Virus record (IMG/VR): IMGVR_UViG_3300020469_000014
Coordinates: 62,001 to 126,000 of that record
DNA from: an uncultured virus (IMG/VR IMGVR_UViG_3300020469_000014)
Taxonomy: Duplodnaviria; Heunggongvirae; Uroviricota; Caudoviricetes
Reading direction: 5' to 3' (one strand)
Length of the DNA: 64,000 bases
Shown here: one piece after another, positions 48,898 through 57,604 of the stretch
Layout: the number at the start of each line of letters is the position of its first letter
How positions within the stretch are numbered: the stretch's first letter is position 1
The notes under the pieces: model-generated
Databases searched by the model: none
What the model was told of the DNA's origin: nothing
Seen by the model: the letters and a program-made list of their open reading frames with translations, nothing else
Position numbers and translations under genes: made by a program

Positions 48898-49087
48898 TTC
48901 TTTCGTATTGTGGTGGTGTGTAGTGATCATTCCAATGGCGAATGTTGCCTGCAATGATAAAACAATTAGTTACTACTAGTTGGACAAAGATAAAAGTTCT
49001 TATTAAAGCAATCTTATCGGCCTCTTTATCAGACCTACCAGACTTGTCTCCAAGTGCTTTTGCCCATACTCTCCAGATTTTTTTCAC
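48878..49087 (-). CDS. hypothetical protein
   Basis: WRVWAKALG.KSG..D.EAD.IA.IRT...NCFIIAGN.RHW. Confidence 0.6.
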   Translation of the reverse strand: MKKIWRVWAKALGDKSGRSDKEADKIALIRTFIFVQLVVTNCFIIAGNIRHWNDHYTPPQYERNASTNL

Positions 49088-49113
49088 TCAAATTATAGTT
49101 CTATTATAATGAT

Positions 49114-49446
49114 TTATCCAACTTTCTGCAACCCCTGTACCACATTCGACTTCACATCTAAAAGTCCTTCTGCACTAAACCAAGGAGCATTCTCCCAGCT
49201 GAAACCTTCTCCAAATGTGTTGTCTGCATTGGCAACATACCAATGACATGATGAATCTGGTACATCTACGGCGCATTTAGACCAATCATCAGACCATTGA
49301 GGAACTTGTACCCACAATGTCTCTGCGTAAGCTGTTTGACTTGCACCGAATAACAATACAAATACTGTTATCCAACCAAACAGTCTAGGAATAAACTCTA
49401 GTGCCATTGGGCGTTTATATACTTCCATTACATCATGGTAGTTCAT
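49114..49446 (-). CDS. hypothetical exported protein
   Basis: Start MNYHDV; signal/TM segment then WVQVPQWSDDW..C...C. Confidence 0.55.
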   Translation of the reverse strand: MNYHDVMEVYKRPMALEFIPRLFGWITVFVLLFGASQTAYAETLWVQVPQWSDDWSKCAVDVPDSSCHWYVANADNTFGEGFSWENAPWFSAEGLLDVKSNVVQGLQKVG

Positions 49447-49550
49447 TATATTAATCCTACTGATCCTGCTACAGTTCCTACTGCAACAAAGAACGCGAAC
49501 TCTGCAAGTCCCAACCATGCAGGTGGGATGTTTAAAAATTGTTTGGTCAT
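49446..49550 (-). CDS. 34-aa single-helix membrane peptide
   Basis: GAGGAG RBS; MTKQFLNIPPAWLGLAEFAFFVAVGTVAGSVGLI; TAATG coupling. Confidence 0.55.
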   Translation of the reverse strand: MTKQFLNIPPAWLGLAEFAFFVAVGTVAGSVGLI

Positions 49551-49577
49551 TTAAGCTTGTACTCCTCAGCTATTAGT

Positions 49578-49652
49578 TTATGAAAATACGAACGGTAGTC
49601 CGTTGATTGCAGTAAATGCTACTGCACATGCAAATGTTAATGTGTAAATCAT
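49578..49652 (-). CDS. 24-aa hydrophobic peptide
   Basis: MIYTLTFACAVAFTAINGLPFVFS; TAATG coupling. Confidence 0.45.
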   Translation of the reverse strand: MIYTLTFACAVAFTAINGLPFVFS

Positions 49653-49825
49653 TATGTTCCTTGGTATACTGGTGTCATTATCCCACCTTCGGGGTCATCA
49701 TCGTCATCGTCACCCGATGCTCTTAAAAACAACTCAAACAATACGAGAACAGTCATGGGATATAAACACCAGACTAATGCTTTCCAATACGGAAATGATT
49801 CGGCAATAAACTGATATTCATTCAT
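49652..49825 (-). CDS. 57-aa membrane peptide with acidic tail
   Basis: ...ALVWCLYPMTVLVLFELFLRASGDDDDDDPEGGIMTPVYQGT. Confidence 0.6.
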   Translation of the reverse strand: MNEYQFIAESFPYWKALVWCLYPMTVLVLFELFLRASGDDDDDDPEGGIMTPVYQGT

Positions 49826-49908
49826 TTATTATCCCTTTGTGTTGAATTGTAAATTTATCCTATGTTTTTATTTAGTTTTGTAAAGTTCTAGGGTAAAAAA
49901 ATTTGACC

Positions 49909-50013
49909 CTAGAACATACCAACTGCGTTAGTGGTCGTGCTTACGATCACTGAAATCATAAAGATGTATGGTACAACCTTAAATGGTACTGGTTGTCTCT
50001 TTACTGAGTTCAT
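49909..50013 (-). CDS. 34-aa hydrophobic peptide
   Basis: MNSVKRQPVPFKVVPYIFMISVIVSTTTNAVGMF; TAATG-coupled to hli. Confidence 0.5.
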   Translation of the reverse strand: MNSVKRQPVPFKVVPYIFMISVIVSTTTNAVGMF

Positions 50014-50135
50014 TACACAAAGCCAGGAATTATTTGACCTGTTGTTAGATATGCACCTAACCCTGCGATGATGCCAAGCATGGCAAGTCTGCCATTAAGT
50101 TTCTCAGCAACTGATTTTGATTCCTTATCTGTCAT
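50013..50135 (-). CDS. hli: high-light inducible protein (40 aa)
   Basis: AEKLNGRLAMLG...TGQIIPGF. Confidence 0.92.
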   Translation of the reverse strand: MTDKESKSVAEKLNGRLAMLGIIAGLGAYLTTGQIIPGFV

Positions 50136-50242
50136 TAAAAGATGCCTGGAATAATTTGTCCTGTTAAAGCATATGCGCCTACTGCTGCAACGAAACCGAG
50201 CATAGCTGCCCAACCGTTAAATCTTTCTGCTTCTGGTGTCAT
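50135..50242 (-). CDS. hli: high-light inducible protein (35 aa, absent from ORF track)
   Basis: MTPEAERFNGWAAMLGFVAAVGAYALTGQIIPGIF. Confidence 0.92.
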   Translation of the reverse strand: MTPEAERFNGWAAMLGFVAAVGAYALTGQIIPGIF

Positions 50243-50291
50243 GATAGTGTACCTTTTATGTGTTTAAAATGTGTATGATTGGAATCTTCCT

Positions 50292-50483
50292 TTAGAAGAT
50301 GCCTGGGATGATTTGACCTGTTGTTGTGTATGCAACAAGTAATGATACGAAACCGAGCATAGCCCAACGTCCATTCATTTTTTCAGCGTTCTTGCCATAC
50401 CCTTCATAGGATTCGTCAAGAGTCATCTGAGGTTCGATAGAATAGATATTCTGTCTTCCGCCTTGTTCTGTAACAGTTGTCAT
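50292..50483 (-). CDS. hli: high-light inducible protein
   Basis: AEKMNGRWAMLG...TGQIIPGIF. Confidence 0.92.
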   Translation of the reverse strand: MTTVTEQGGRQNIYSIEPQMTLDESYEGYGKNAEKMNGRWAMLGFVSLLVAYTTTGQIIPGIF

Positions 50484-50507
50484 TGAATTATTAAGAAACG
50501 TAACATA

Positions 50508-50536
50508 ATTATATAGTAAAGTTTAAATTTTGTCAA
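50508..50536 (-). promoter_or_regulatory. consensus sigma70 promoter of the hli cluster
   Basis: TTGACA-N17-TATAAT. Confidence 0.75.
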
Positions 50537-50729
50537 GAAACTTAACAATTAAATATTTCCAAGTTCTAATATTCGTACTCTTTTAAGACTTCTAGGACGC
50601 AGTTTAGAGCCTGCTGTGCTGCTGCTCTCTGTCGATCATCCCATTCTGAATACCATGTCTTGTCATACAATCCATTCTTCATCTTTAATAGTCTGGCGGT
50701 CATGTCAACCTTTGATAGTCTACCAGTGC

Positions 50730-51269
50730 TCATGATTGATTTGGTCCTCTAGGGGGTTCTGTAAGGTAAATGTTACCTGATATCGTAGTTCCCTCTCCGC
50801 CACTCGTTACAAAGTGTTCTATCCATGAGGGGAAGATAATAATATTACCAGCGGGAACGTTGGGAATGAAATCCATAGAGATTGCAGTACCATACATTGC
50901 CCACTGATTCATTATTAATTTACGAGAAGGATTCATAAAAACAGTTCTGGAATGATCCACAGACTCCACAATAATGAAACTCCATTGAGCCCCTGAGTGG
51001 ATGTGTGGATCTTGCCAGTCGTGTTTCTCATATTTGTTACGCCACACCTGACCAATCACAAAATCATCTGGTATGAACTGTTGTACGCACTCTGCAATGA
51101 GTCCTTTAACATATTCATATGATTCATCAGTGAACTTATCATGTCCCAGTGTTGTAGGACAATCACTAAGGAATGTAGGTTGAAAATCCTCAGATACCAA
51201 ATTGACCTCATCTAGATCGATGGATTCAACAAAAAATGGTGCCGAGAATATTGCGTGTGGATTTCTCAT
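50730..51269 (-). CDS. putative 2OG-Fe(II) oxygenase (TIGR02466-like), paralog of 11075..11599
   Basis: WRNKY..HDWQDPHIH...WSFI...IFPSWIEHFV...GTTISGNIY. Confidence 0.7.
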   Translation of the reverse strand: MRNPHAIFSAPFFVESIDLDEVNLVSEDFQPTFLSDCPTTLGHDKFTDESYEYVKGLIAECVQQFIPDDFVIGQVWRNKYEKHDWQDPHIHSGAQWSFIIVESVDHSRTVFMNPSRKLIMNQWAMYGTAISMDFIPNVPAGNIIIFPSWIEHFVTSGGEGTTISGNIYLTEPPRGPNQS

Positions 51270-51285
51270 GTTGTAATTATAACAG

Positions 51286-51319
51286 AAAAAAGACCCACTG
51301 CAATCACAGGGGTCTTTTT
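51286..51319. terminator. intrinsic terminator
   Basis: AAAAAGACCC...GGGTCTTTTT. Confidence 0.7.
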
Positions 51320-51345
51320 GTTTTTATATACTAACGTATCTATGT

Positions 51346-51696
51346 TTAGAAAACGTACTTAGCACCGACTTTAACACCGTATCCATTGTCTGCACCATCA
51401 GCAGTTTGGAAAGTTACTTCACCATAACCAAGAACTGTCTCTGACAAATCAACAGATCCACCTGCCTTAGCAAGGAATTCTGTGTCGCCATCAGTACCGT
51501 CAGGTGAGTTTACGATAGGACCGCCTTGAACGAACCAGTTGGAACCTTCGTAACCAAGTGCGAACTCAGTTGTATTTCCAGTGTAGTCCCCACCAGTGAA
51601 TGAAGAATTGGCTTCTACATTTACATAAGGACCTGCGAACGCGGCACCAGCGAAAAGGGGTGCAGCAGCTAAAGCTGCGATTACATTTTTGAACAT
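51346..51696 (-). CDS. small outer-membrane beta-barrel-like protein
   Basis: Signal peptide (AAFA|G); GPYVNVEAN; alternating beta strands; C-terminal K.GAKYVF. Confidence 0.65.
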   Translation of the reverse strand: MFKNVIAALAAAPLFAGAAFAGPYVNVEANSSFTGGDYTGNTTEFALGYEGSNWFVQGGPIVNSPDGTDGDTEFLAKAGGSVDLSETVLGYGEVTFQTADGADNGYGVKVGAKYVF

Positions 51697-51714
51697 TTAA
51701 AATTTCTCTCTAAT

Positions 51715-51880
51715 TTACTTGCTGATTTGTTACCAGCAGATGATGGAAGTCTCGACATGACTTCGTGTTAGGTTTTGAACTTAACAGACCTAGCGCGAGT
51801 AATTGAGGCATTCGGAATACTTGTTCTCCCACAACACGTCTGTTATGGAATGGTGACCCTGGCGGAATCGCCAGTTCCAT
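51715..51880 (-). ncRNA. structured 5' leader, manA-motif-like
   Basis: Hairpins CTGGCG/CGCCAG, GAAGTC/GACTTC and TGCTG/CAGCA; enclosing TTACTCGC/GCAAGTAA; long-range TAACAGAC/GTCTGTTA; family name from recollection. Confidence 0.55.
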
Positions 51881-51886
51881 TTATTT

Positions 51887-51915
51887 AGTATACCACATGA
51901 TCGATATCGCGTCAA
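51887..51915 (-). promoter_or_regulatory. sigma70 promoter with adjacent CTAAATA late motif
   Basis: TTGACG-N17-TATACT. Confidence 0.65.
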
Positions 51916-51922
51916 GTGTTAC

Positions 51923-52729
51923 TTATCCCTGACCTTGATTTCTGGGATCACCACCAGCGATCCTACCTAGATAAGGATCAAAATCGGATAACATATCAAT
52001 GGTGATATCCCCACCTCTTGTATTCCAGAGTTCTCTGAGACCATCGTGACTACCCCTATGGAAGACCTCAATGTGTTCCTCATGGATTGAGGAACCTAGT
52101 TCGATCTTGTATAGGAAGACAGGACAGGCATAAGCTGCACCTGAGTTGTAGATCAGGTCATCAGCGACAGGTCTGGGTTTCACGCCATTGTCGAGTTTGT
52201 ATTTCTCTCCTCTGACATGAAGTTTCAATAGTTTCTGAGCATGATGTCTAGTTATTACATAACATGCAGTAGAAAAGTCATTAATAAATCTACGATGAAC
52301 CTGTACATGTAATTCGCCAGGGCAAATTACTGCAACTTGGACTGTATCCCAGTCGTATGGCATCCTAGAGATGAATTGTCTCCATGTAAATGTCCAGAAC
52401 TGTGCGATACTAATATCACAATCATCTTCCATGATGATTGCATAGGGTTCATCAGTCTCTTCAACAAAATGTTTGAGTGCTTTGAGGTGTGATGTTACAC
52501 ATCCTATCTCTCCAGCAGTAATACTATCTGGATACTTACCAGTTAATATATCACTTAGATCATCCCCTGTAGAGGGTCTACCATCGTATGCAGAGATACG
52601 AGTATAGTTTTCTATCTCCCATTCCTTAAGTTGATTTGACATCCACTCCATTCTCTCTGGCTGTTCATCCAGATTAATAATGTAAAGAGGACCGAATCCT
52701 TTAAGTTTGTATGCGGCTTTATTTGACAT
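51923..52729 (-). CDS. glycosyltransferase family 25-like
   Basis: YIINLD...ER, RISAYDG, GEIGCVTSHL, IIMEDD. Confidence 0.8.
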   Translation of the reverse strand: MSNKAAYKLKGFGPLYIINLDEQPERMEWMSNQLKEWEIENYTRISAYDGRPSTGDDLSDILTGKYPDSITAGEIGCVTSHLKALKHFVEETDEPYAIIMEDDCDISIAQFWTFTWRQFISRMPYDWDTVQVAVICPGELHVQVHRRFINDFSTACYVITRHHAQKLLKLHVRGEKYKLDNGVKPRPVADDLIYNSGAAYACPVFLYKIELGSSIHEEHIEVFHRGSHDGLRELWNTRGGDITIDMLSDFDPYLGRIAGGDPRNQGQG

Positions 52730-53228
52730 CGAAAAAGAATGTTTGTGTGAGTCTACTTGTTTCTAATGTGTTCCCGAAGCCAGGAACTATACTTCTATGA
52801 TACAACACTTTGCCGCGATACGCAACCAGTCTATTGTAAATATTTCCTACACCGATATTCATATCACTATCGGGAGACTGATAGATAGCAGTTCCAGAAT
52901 CAAGAATAGGATTGGGAGTCAGATATAATACTGCTGCCCACTCTCCTTGATCTTCTCCCTGACTATCAACATGAACCCAAGTTTCTGTTCCTTCTTGGCA
53001 TGATTGAAAACAAAAACTATCCTGTGTCCAATCCCATACTATCTCTCCTCCGAGAGTAGTCTTTAGTTTGGTCTCTACCTCTGTCTGTAGATCACCACCC
53101 AAAGCAGTATTTGATCTGACACCTGGCACAGATTTTTGAATCCTATCATAATCTAAGGATAAGGCATGAAACCTTATCCTGTCTGGGTCATCTAAAAAAT
53201 TATCTATTACAATTAGATTACGTTCCAT
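52719..53228 (-). CDS. DUF6445-like 2OG-Fe(II) oxygenase-fold protein
   Basis: VIDNFLDDPD.IR, WVHVD, WAAVLYL, YNRLV.Y....YH. Confidence 0.7.
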   Translation of the reverse strand: MERNLIVIDNFLDDPDRIRFHALSLDYDRIQKSVPGVRSNTALGGDLQTEVETKLKTTLGGEIVWDWTQDSFCFQSCQEGTETWVHVDSQGEDQGEWAAVLYLTPNPILDSGTAIYQSPDSDMNIGVGNIYNRLVAYRGKVLYHRSIVPGFGNTLETSRLTQTFFFDVK

Positions 53229-53296
53229 TGCTCAACCTGACAGACCAAAAAATAGCCAGAGATTTTTTTACGGTATTTTTGAAACTAAAAGTGAAA
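53229..53296 (-). repeat. diverged third copy of the leader element
   Basis: Similar tract layout (T7, 6 nt, T5, then AAAAG) directly upstream of an ATG. Confidence 0.4.
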
Positions 53297-54154
53297 TTAG
53301 GTAACGATCCAACCATCACAATATAAATCCTTTAGATTTTTATCTTTGTAATCTGGCCCGAACCATTGCTTAGGTGCAACAACTTTACCTCTACCATTTT
53401 GTAACCATGCACCCCACCATGATAAGGAGGAGTTGGCGATGATTGCACCAGAGCATAAACTCATGATGCAAATATCAACAAATGGTTCATAAGATCCATC
53501 AGGATATTTGTCTGTTGGTTCTGATATGAGGAACCTATCATCAGCAAAGAACTCTTGTTCTTTTACCCACTCAGGAGAGTCCGAACATACAACCACAGGT
53601 TGATCCTCTGGGAACTCCTTGAGTGCCTTCTCATAGTATTCTACGGGTTGTGGAGGGTGTTGACCAGAACATTCGGTGTAAGACCATTTGAATCCTCTGG
53701 CATCGACTAGGTTGGGATCTCCTCTCCTAACATGCAGAAACAATGGAGCCTGATCTAATGAATCTACCATCTCCTTACAAGGTCCTAGAATAGAATCATG
53801 AAAAGTAAAATCTCTCCTGATATCTTGTTCTATATTTTTAAAATATTTTTCTGTCTGAAAGAATCCAAATAAACTTACATCATTAGGACACATCCTATGG
53901 AGTTCTTCATCAAACTCAAAATGTTTTTCGATTACAACAGGAGCATGACCTCTATCAAGAACTGCAAGATTACTTCTTCCCACACTCTCTAATGTAAATG
54001 CTCTGTGTAAACTATAATTATCTACTCTCTTGGATTCAAAAGGTGGAATACCAAACTCGTATCCACGCATCGCAGAGATACCCCTAACGGCAGCATATTG
54101 AAACATCTGATTACCTAGTCTGCCTAGGTTTCCCATTTGATTAAAGGCCAGCAT
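53297..54154 (-). CDS. GT11 alpha-1,2-fucosyltransferase-like
   Basis: GRLGNQMFQYA, HVRRGD, IIANSSLSWWGAWL. Confidence 0.85.
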   Translation of the reverse strand: MLAFNQMGNLGRLGNQMFQYAAVRGISAMRGYEFGIPPFESKRVDNYSLHRAFTLESVGRSNLAVLDRGHAPVVIEKHFEFDEELHRMCPNDVSLFGFFQTEKYFKNIEQDIRRDFTFHDSILGPCKEMVDSLDQAPLFLHVRRGDPNLVDARGFKWSYTECSGQHPPQPVEYYEKALKEFPEDQPVVVCSDSPEWVKEQEFFADDRFLISEPTDKYPDGSYEPFVDICIMSLCSGAIIANSSLSWWGAWLQNGRGKVVAPKQWFGPDYKDKNLKDLYCDGWIVT

Positions 54155-54977
54155 TTAGTTCTTCCCCCCTACGTTTGATGTAGTCTAGTTTTGAATAATA
54201 TTGTGTAACGGACTCTTTATCTTGAGTCCTAATCCAGTTCCACAATCTATCGTTGTCTTGAAACTTAGGATTGTGGTAGTGTGAATTGAATGTTCTACCG
54301 TGTTCAAAGTGGTAGATGTCATCAATAACTCTGCCAACTTTAAATCCAAAAAGATTTAGTCTGTAATAAAACTCACAATCTTCTGCACCCCATGAGATAA
54401 ATTCTTCATTCCATAGTCCAGCAGATACTTCTGCGGTTTTAGTTATCATCTGACCCCATCCAATAGACGACGGAATCCTAACTTTAGCATCTTTCAGAAC
54501 TTCAAAGTCAGCATCAGATCCATCATGTGATGATAGAAAATTATCCAATAGTTGATCAGAATAAGTTACTGCCCACTGATAGATACCACATCCGAAAGGA
54601 TAGACAGCATCAGATCCTTCCCTCGTGATGGCACGGTGAGCAAGTTCATGTGAGTTCTTCGGAACAACAACGTCCACATCATGATTATAAATGATGGGAG
54701 TGTCAGCGAGAACACATAGGTCATTAAGGATTCTAGTTTTATGAAAGAACGTCTCGGTACTCTGTTCAAAAACATGTTTGAGTTGTGATGTGTCCTTTAC
54801 ATAATTTTTAATACGAGGTAAAGCACTCTCACTAAAGTGTGATTGAGTGTCAACTTCTTTAACAATAATCTTTGCTTCGGGGAAACATTTTAAGATATAG
54901 GTAACAGAAGTAATAACATTACGAAGTCTATCTTCTGTCTCAATCCTACATGGAAGTAGGTAGGTGAGGTCTTTCAT
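54141..54977 (-). CDS. glycosyltransferase (GT2/GT7-like)
   Basis: HDVD (DxD), WNEEFISWGAEDCEF, YHFEH. Confidence 0.7.
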   Translation of the reverse strand: MKDLTYLLPCRIETEDRLRNVITSVTYILKCFPEAKIIVKEVDTQSHFSESALPRIKNYVKDTSQLKHVFEQSTETFFHKTRILNDLCVLADTPIIYNHDVDVVVPKNSHELAHRAITREGSDAVYPFGCGIYQWAVTYSDQLLDNFLSSHDGSDADFEVLKDAKVRIPSSIGWGQMITKTAEVSAGLWNEEFISWGAEDCEFYYRLNLFGFKVGRVIDDIYHFEHGRTFNSHYHNPKFQDNDRLWNWIRTQDKESVTQYYSKLDYIKRRGEELNAGL

Positions 54978-55903
54978 TATTCTGGTTCAATATATGATGG
55001 ATCATTATGTAATTTAACCCAACGTGGAGGAATCAAATCGCTCATGTCATACATGTCATACTTAATTCCAAACCAAGGATCGGGGGCAACAACTTGCCAG
55101 TGTCTTTGGATAGAGTTTTTACCCATCTTATCTCCACCTTTCTGCAACCATGCACCCCACCATGATAATGATGAGTTAGCAATGATACCACCACCGCATA
55201 GTGTCATAAGACAGAGATCAATGTATGGTACAGATGCACCATCTCCAAACTCCTCATACGAGGCATCAGAGAACAGGAATCTATCCCCCTGTAACCATTC
55301 TTGTTCCTTACACCAATCAATAGTATCAGAAACAACTACAACATTCTTATCTTCTGGAAACTTTGATAGTGCCTGAATGTAATATTCTTTCTTACAAATA
55401 GGATGATACTCTTGCACCATTTGATAAGACCATTTCTCTCCTCTTCTGCCTGTCACATTAGGATTACCTCTGCGAACATGTAGGAAGATATTATTATCTT
55501 GTCCACCATTCCCATCAATAAATTCTTGACATGGTTCTAGATATTCTTTCTTGAATGTAAAGTCATGTCTAATGTCGGCAGAGATACTTTCAAAATAATA
55601 TTCTGTCTGAAAATTACCAGAGAAGTTAGTGTTGTCTTCACACTCATTATAGATCTTCTCATTGAAAGCCATGTCTCTATAGACTTCCTGTTTAGCAAAG
55701 AATGGTTCTCCCTGATTCTCTGGGAGACAACCACTCAATTCAAAGGCATCAAACAAACCATAGTTGTCTAACCTATCTGCATTTGGGCCTGGTACTACCC
55801 AATTAAACCCACGGTGTGCAGCAACACCTCTTACAAAAGCATACTGGAACATTTGATTCCCAAGTCTACCTTCGTTACCTAATCCTTGAAATGAAATAGC
55901 CAT
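54977..55903 (-). CDS. GT11 alpha-1,2-fucosyltransferase-like
   Basis: GRLGNQMFQYA, HVRRGN, IIANSSLSWWGAWL. Confidence 0.85.
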   Translation of the reverse strand: MAISFQGLGNEGRLGNQMFQYAFVRGVAAHRGFNWVVPGPNADRLDNYGLFDAFELSGCLPENQGEPFFAKQEVYRDMAFNEKIYNECEDNTNFSGNFQTEYYFESISADIRHDFTFKKEYLEPCQEFIDGNGGQDNNIFLHVRRGNPNVTGRRGEKWSYQMVQEYHPICKKEYYIQALSKFPEDKNVVVVSDTIDWCKEQEWLQGDRFLFSDASYEEFGDGASVPYIDLCLMTLCGGGIIANSSLSWWGAWLQKGGDKMGKNSIQRHWQVVAPDPWFGIKYDMYDMSDLIPPRWVKLHNDPSYIEPE

Positions 55904-56748
55904 TATTTAATCAATTTAATGTAGGGATACTCATCAGACATTCGACCATCATAATTCTTAAACTCATCATTTGATTCTAAGTCATAATAGAAGAATTGTC
56001 TACCATATCTAGGTACAGTTTTCTGCCATCCTAGAAAATTTATAACACCACTTGGAGTGGAAGTAATTGATTGATCTATAAGATCTTCATTACCATTCCA
56101 ACTCCAAGGAACACAAGAGTCAACAGTAATGATAGTTGATTTACTTTTGAAAGCAGTCATTCTGAGGAACCCCTCACTATAACCACTAAAAGCATCATTC
56201 CTTTTATCATTTCTATTCCATTTCATACCATTAGTAGCGTGAAATATAATAGATAAATTTCTATCCACAAGATGTCTCTCACAAAAAGCAATACCCATCT
56301 CTTCTGAACTGCCCCACATATCATTACATACCATCCCAACAACAGGAAGAGAATCTAAGTAAAAATATCTTATGGGATCAGTTTCTAATCTACCCAAGCA
56401 GTAGTCTGAGGGAATACAATAAGTCTTATGAGTTATTGTATTCAATTTTCCAGACTTATCATAATGTCTGATTTGATTTCTATGAATCAAACCAATGTGT
56501 TCTTTTTCTTTGAATAATGTTCCTAAGTGTAGTCCAACTCCAGTATTGTGTTGTTCTATTTCTTTAAGAGCATCTTTCAATTCTTCATCTTTATCTTGCC
56601 AACCATTACAGTATCCAGATAAAGCACCCTCTGGTGTTAGGAGGTGATCAACTGCATTTTGTTTAGCCCAATCTAATGATTTTAATATCTCTATCTTATT
56701 AGATTGAATATTAGAACCAACAGGAATCTGAGCCCCTGCAATTCTCAT
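55903..56748 (-). CDS. carbon-nitrogen hydrolase (nitrilase superfamily)
   Basis: MRIAGAQ start; TPE (Glu), HK (Lys), VCNDMW (Cys) triad. Confidence 0.75.
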   Translation of the reverse strand: MRIAGAQIPVGSNIQSNKIEILKSLDWAKQNAVDHLLTPEGALSGYCNGWQDKDEELKDALKEIEQHNTGVGLHLGTLFKEKEHIGLIHRNQIRHYDKSGKLNTITHKTYCIPSDYCLGRLETDPIRYFYLDSLPVVGMVCNDMWGSSEEMGIAFCERHLVDRNLSIIFHATNGMKWNRNDKRNDAFSGYSEGFLRMTAFKSKSTIITVDSCVPWSWNGNEDLIDQSITSTPSGVINFLGWQKTVPRYGRQFFYYDLESNDEFKNYDGRMSDEYPYIKLIK

Positions 56749-56749
56749 G

Positions 56750-57604
56750 TTACCAATAGTGTGTCTGCCAACGGGCAGGAACCATCATACTTGTATCTAA
56801 GTGTGACATGGCAGAACCATACCACTTCTCTGGATCAGGGGCGATGACTTTACCCCTATCCCTTTGCAACCATGCACCCCACCAACTGAATGAACTGTTA
56901 GCAATGATTGCACCAGAACAAAGACTCATCAAACATAGATCAACCTGAGGCAGAAGAGTATTCTGCATCTGTCCTGTGCCATCAATAGTTTGATATTCAT
57001 ATCTCTCAGGATTATCATTGAAGATAAACCTATCGTTCTCAAAGAATGATTGTTTCTTACACCAATCAATATCATCTGTGAATACAAAGCATGGAGTATC
57101 AGGACTCCAAAATTCTAACGCAGTCTCAAAATATGATAGCGGGAGGATGGGATGGAATTCTTCTCTTCCGATGTTGTCAGACTGTCTAATGTGAAGAAAA
57201 ATAGGAGGGCTATCCAAACTATTGATGTAAGCAGTACAAGGTTCGAGAACATCTTTCTTAAAAGTGAAATCTTCAAGGATCTGATCTGCAATGTGTACAA
57301 AGTAATCTTCTGTCTGTAGATAGGCATCTATATTGACACCATCTGTACAATAAAATAATCCTTCATCAAAAGCATGTGTAGATTCTTTTACTGTCATGGC
57401 ATCATTGAACCCAAGATTCTCAGGTTTTACATGCTTCATTTCAAAGGTATCAAACAATCCATAATTATCTTTATGATTGCAGTCAGGTGGTGGAATCATC
57501 CACTGATACTGATTATAATTTGCGATTCCTCTGAGTGAGGCATACTGGAACATTTGGTTTCCAAGTCTACCATTACTACCGAGGCGATTATAACTAATCG
57601 TCAA
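56750..57604 (-). CDS. GT11 alpha-1,2-fucosyltransferase-like
   Basis: GRLGNQMFQYA, HIRQSD, IIANSSFSWWGAWL. Confidence 0.85.
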   Translation of the reverse strand: MTISYNRLGSNGRLGNQMFQYASLRGIANYNQYQWMIPPPDCNHKDNYGLFDTFEMKHVKPENLGFNDAMTVKESTHAFDEGLFYCTDGVNIDAYLQTEDYFVHIADQILEDFTFKKDVLEPCTAYINSLDSPPIFLHIRQSDNIGREEFHPILPLSYFETALEFWSPDTPCFVFTDDIDWCKKQSFFENDRFIFNDNPERYEYQTIDGTGQMQNTLLPQVDLCLMSLCSGAIIANSSFSWWGAWLQRDRGKVIAPDPEKWYGSAMSHLDTSMMVPARWQTHYW

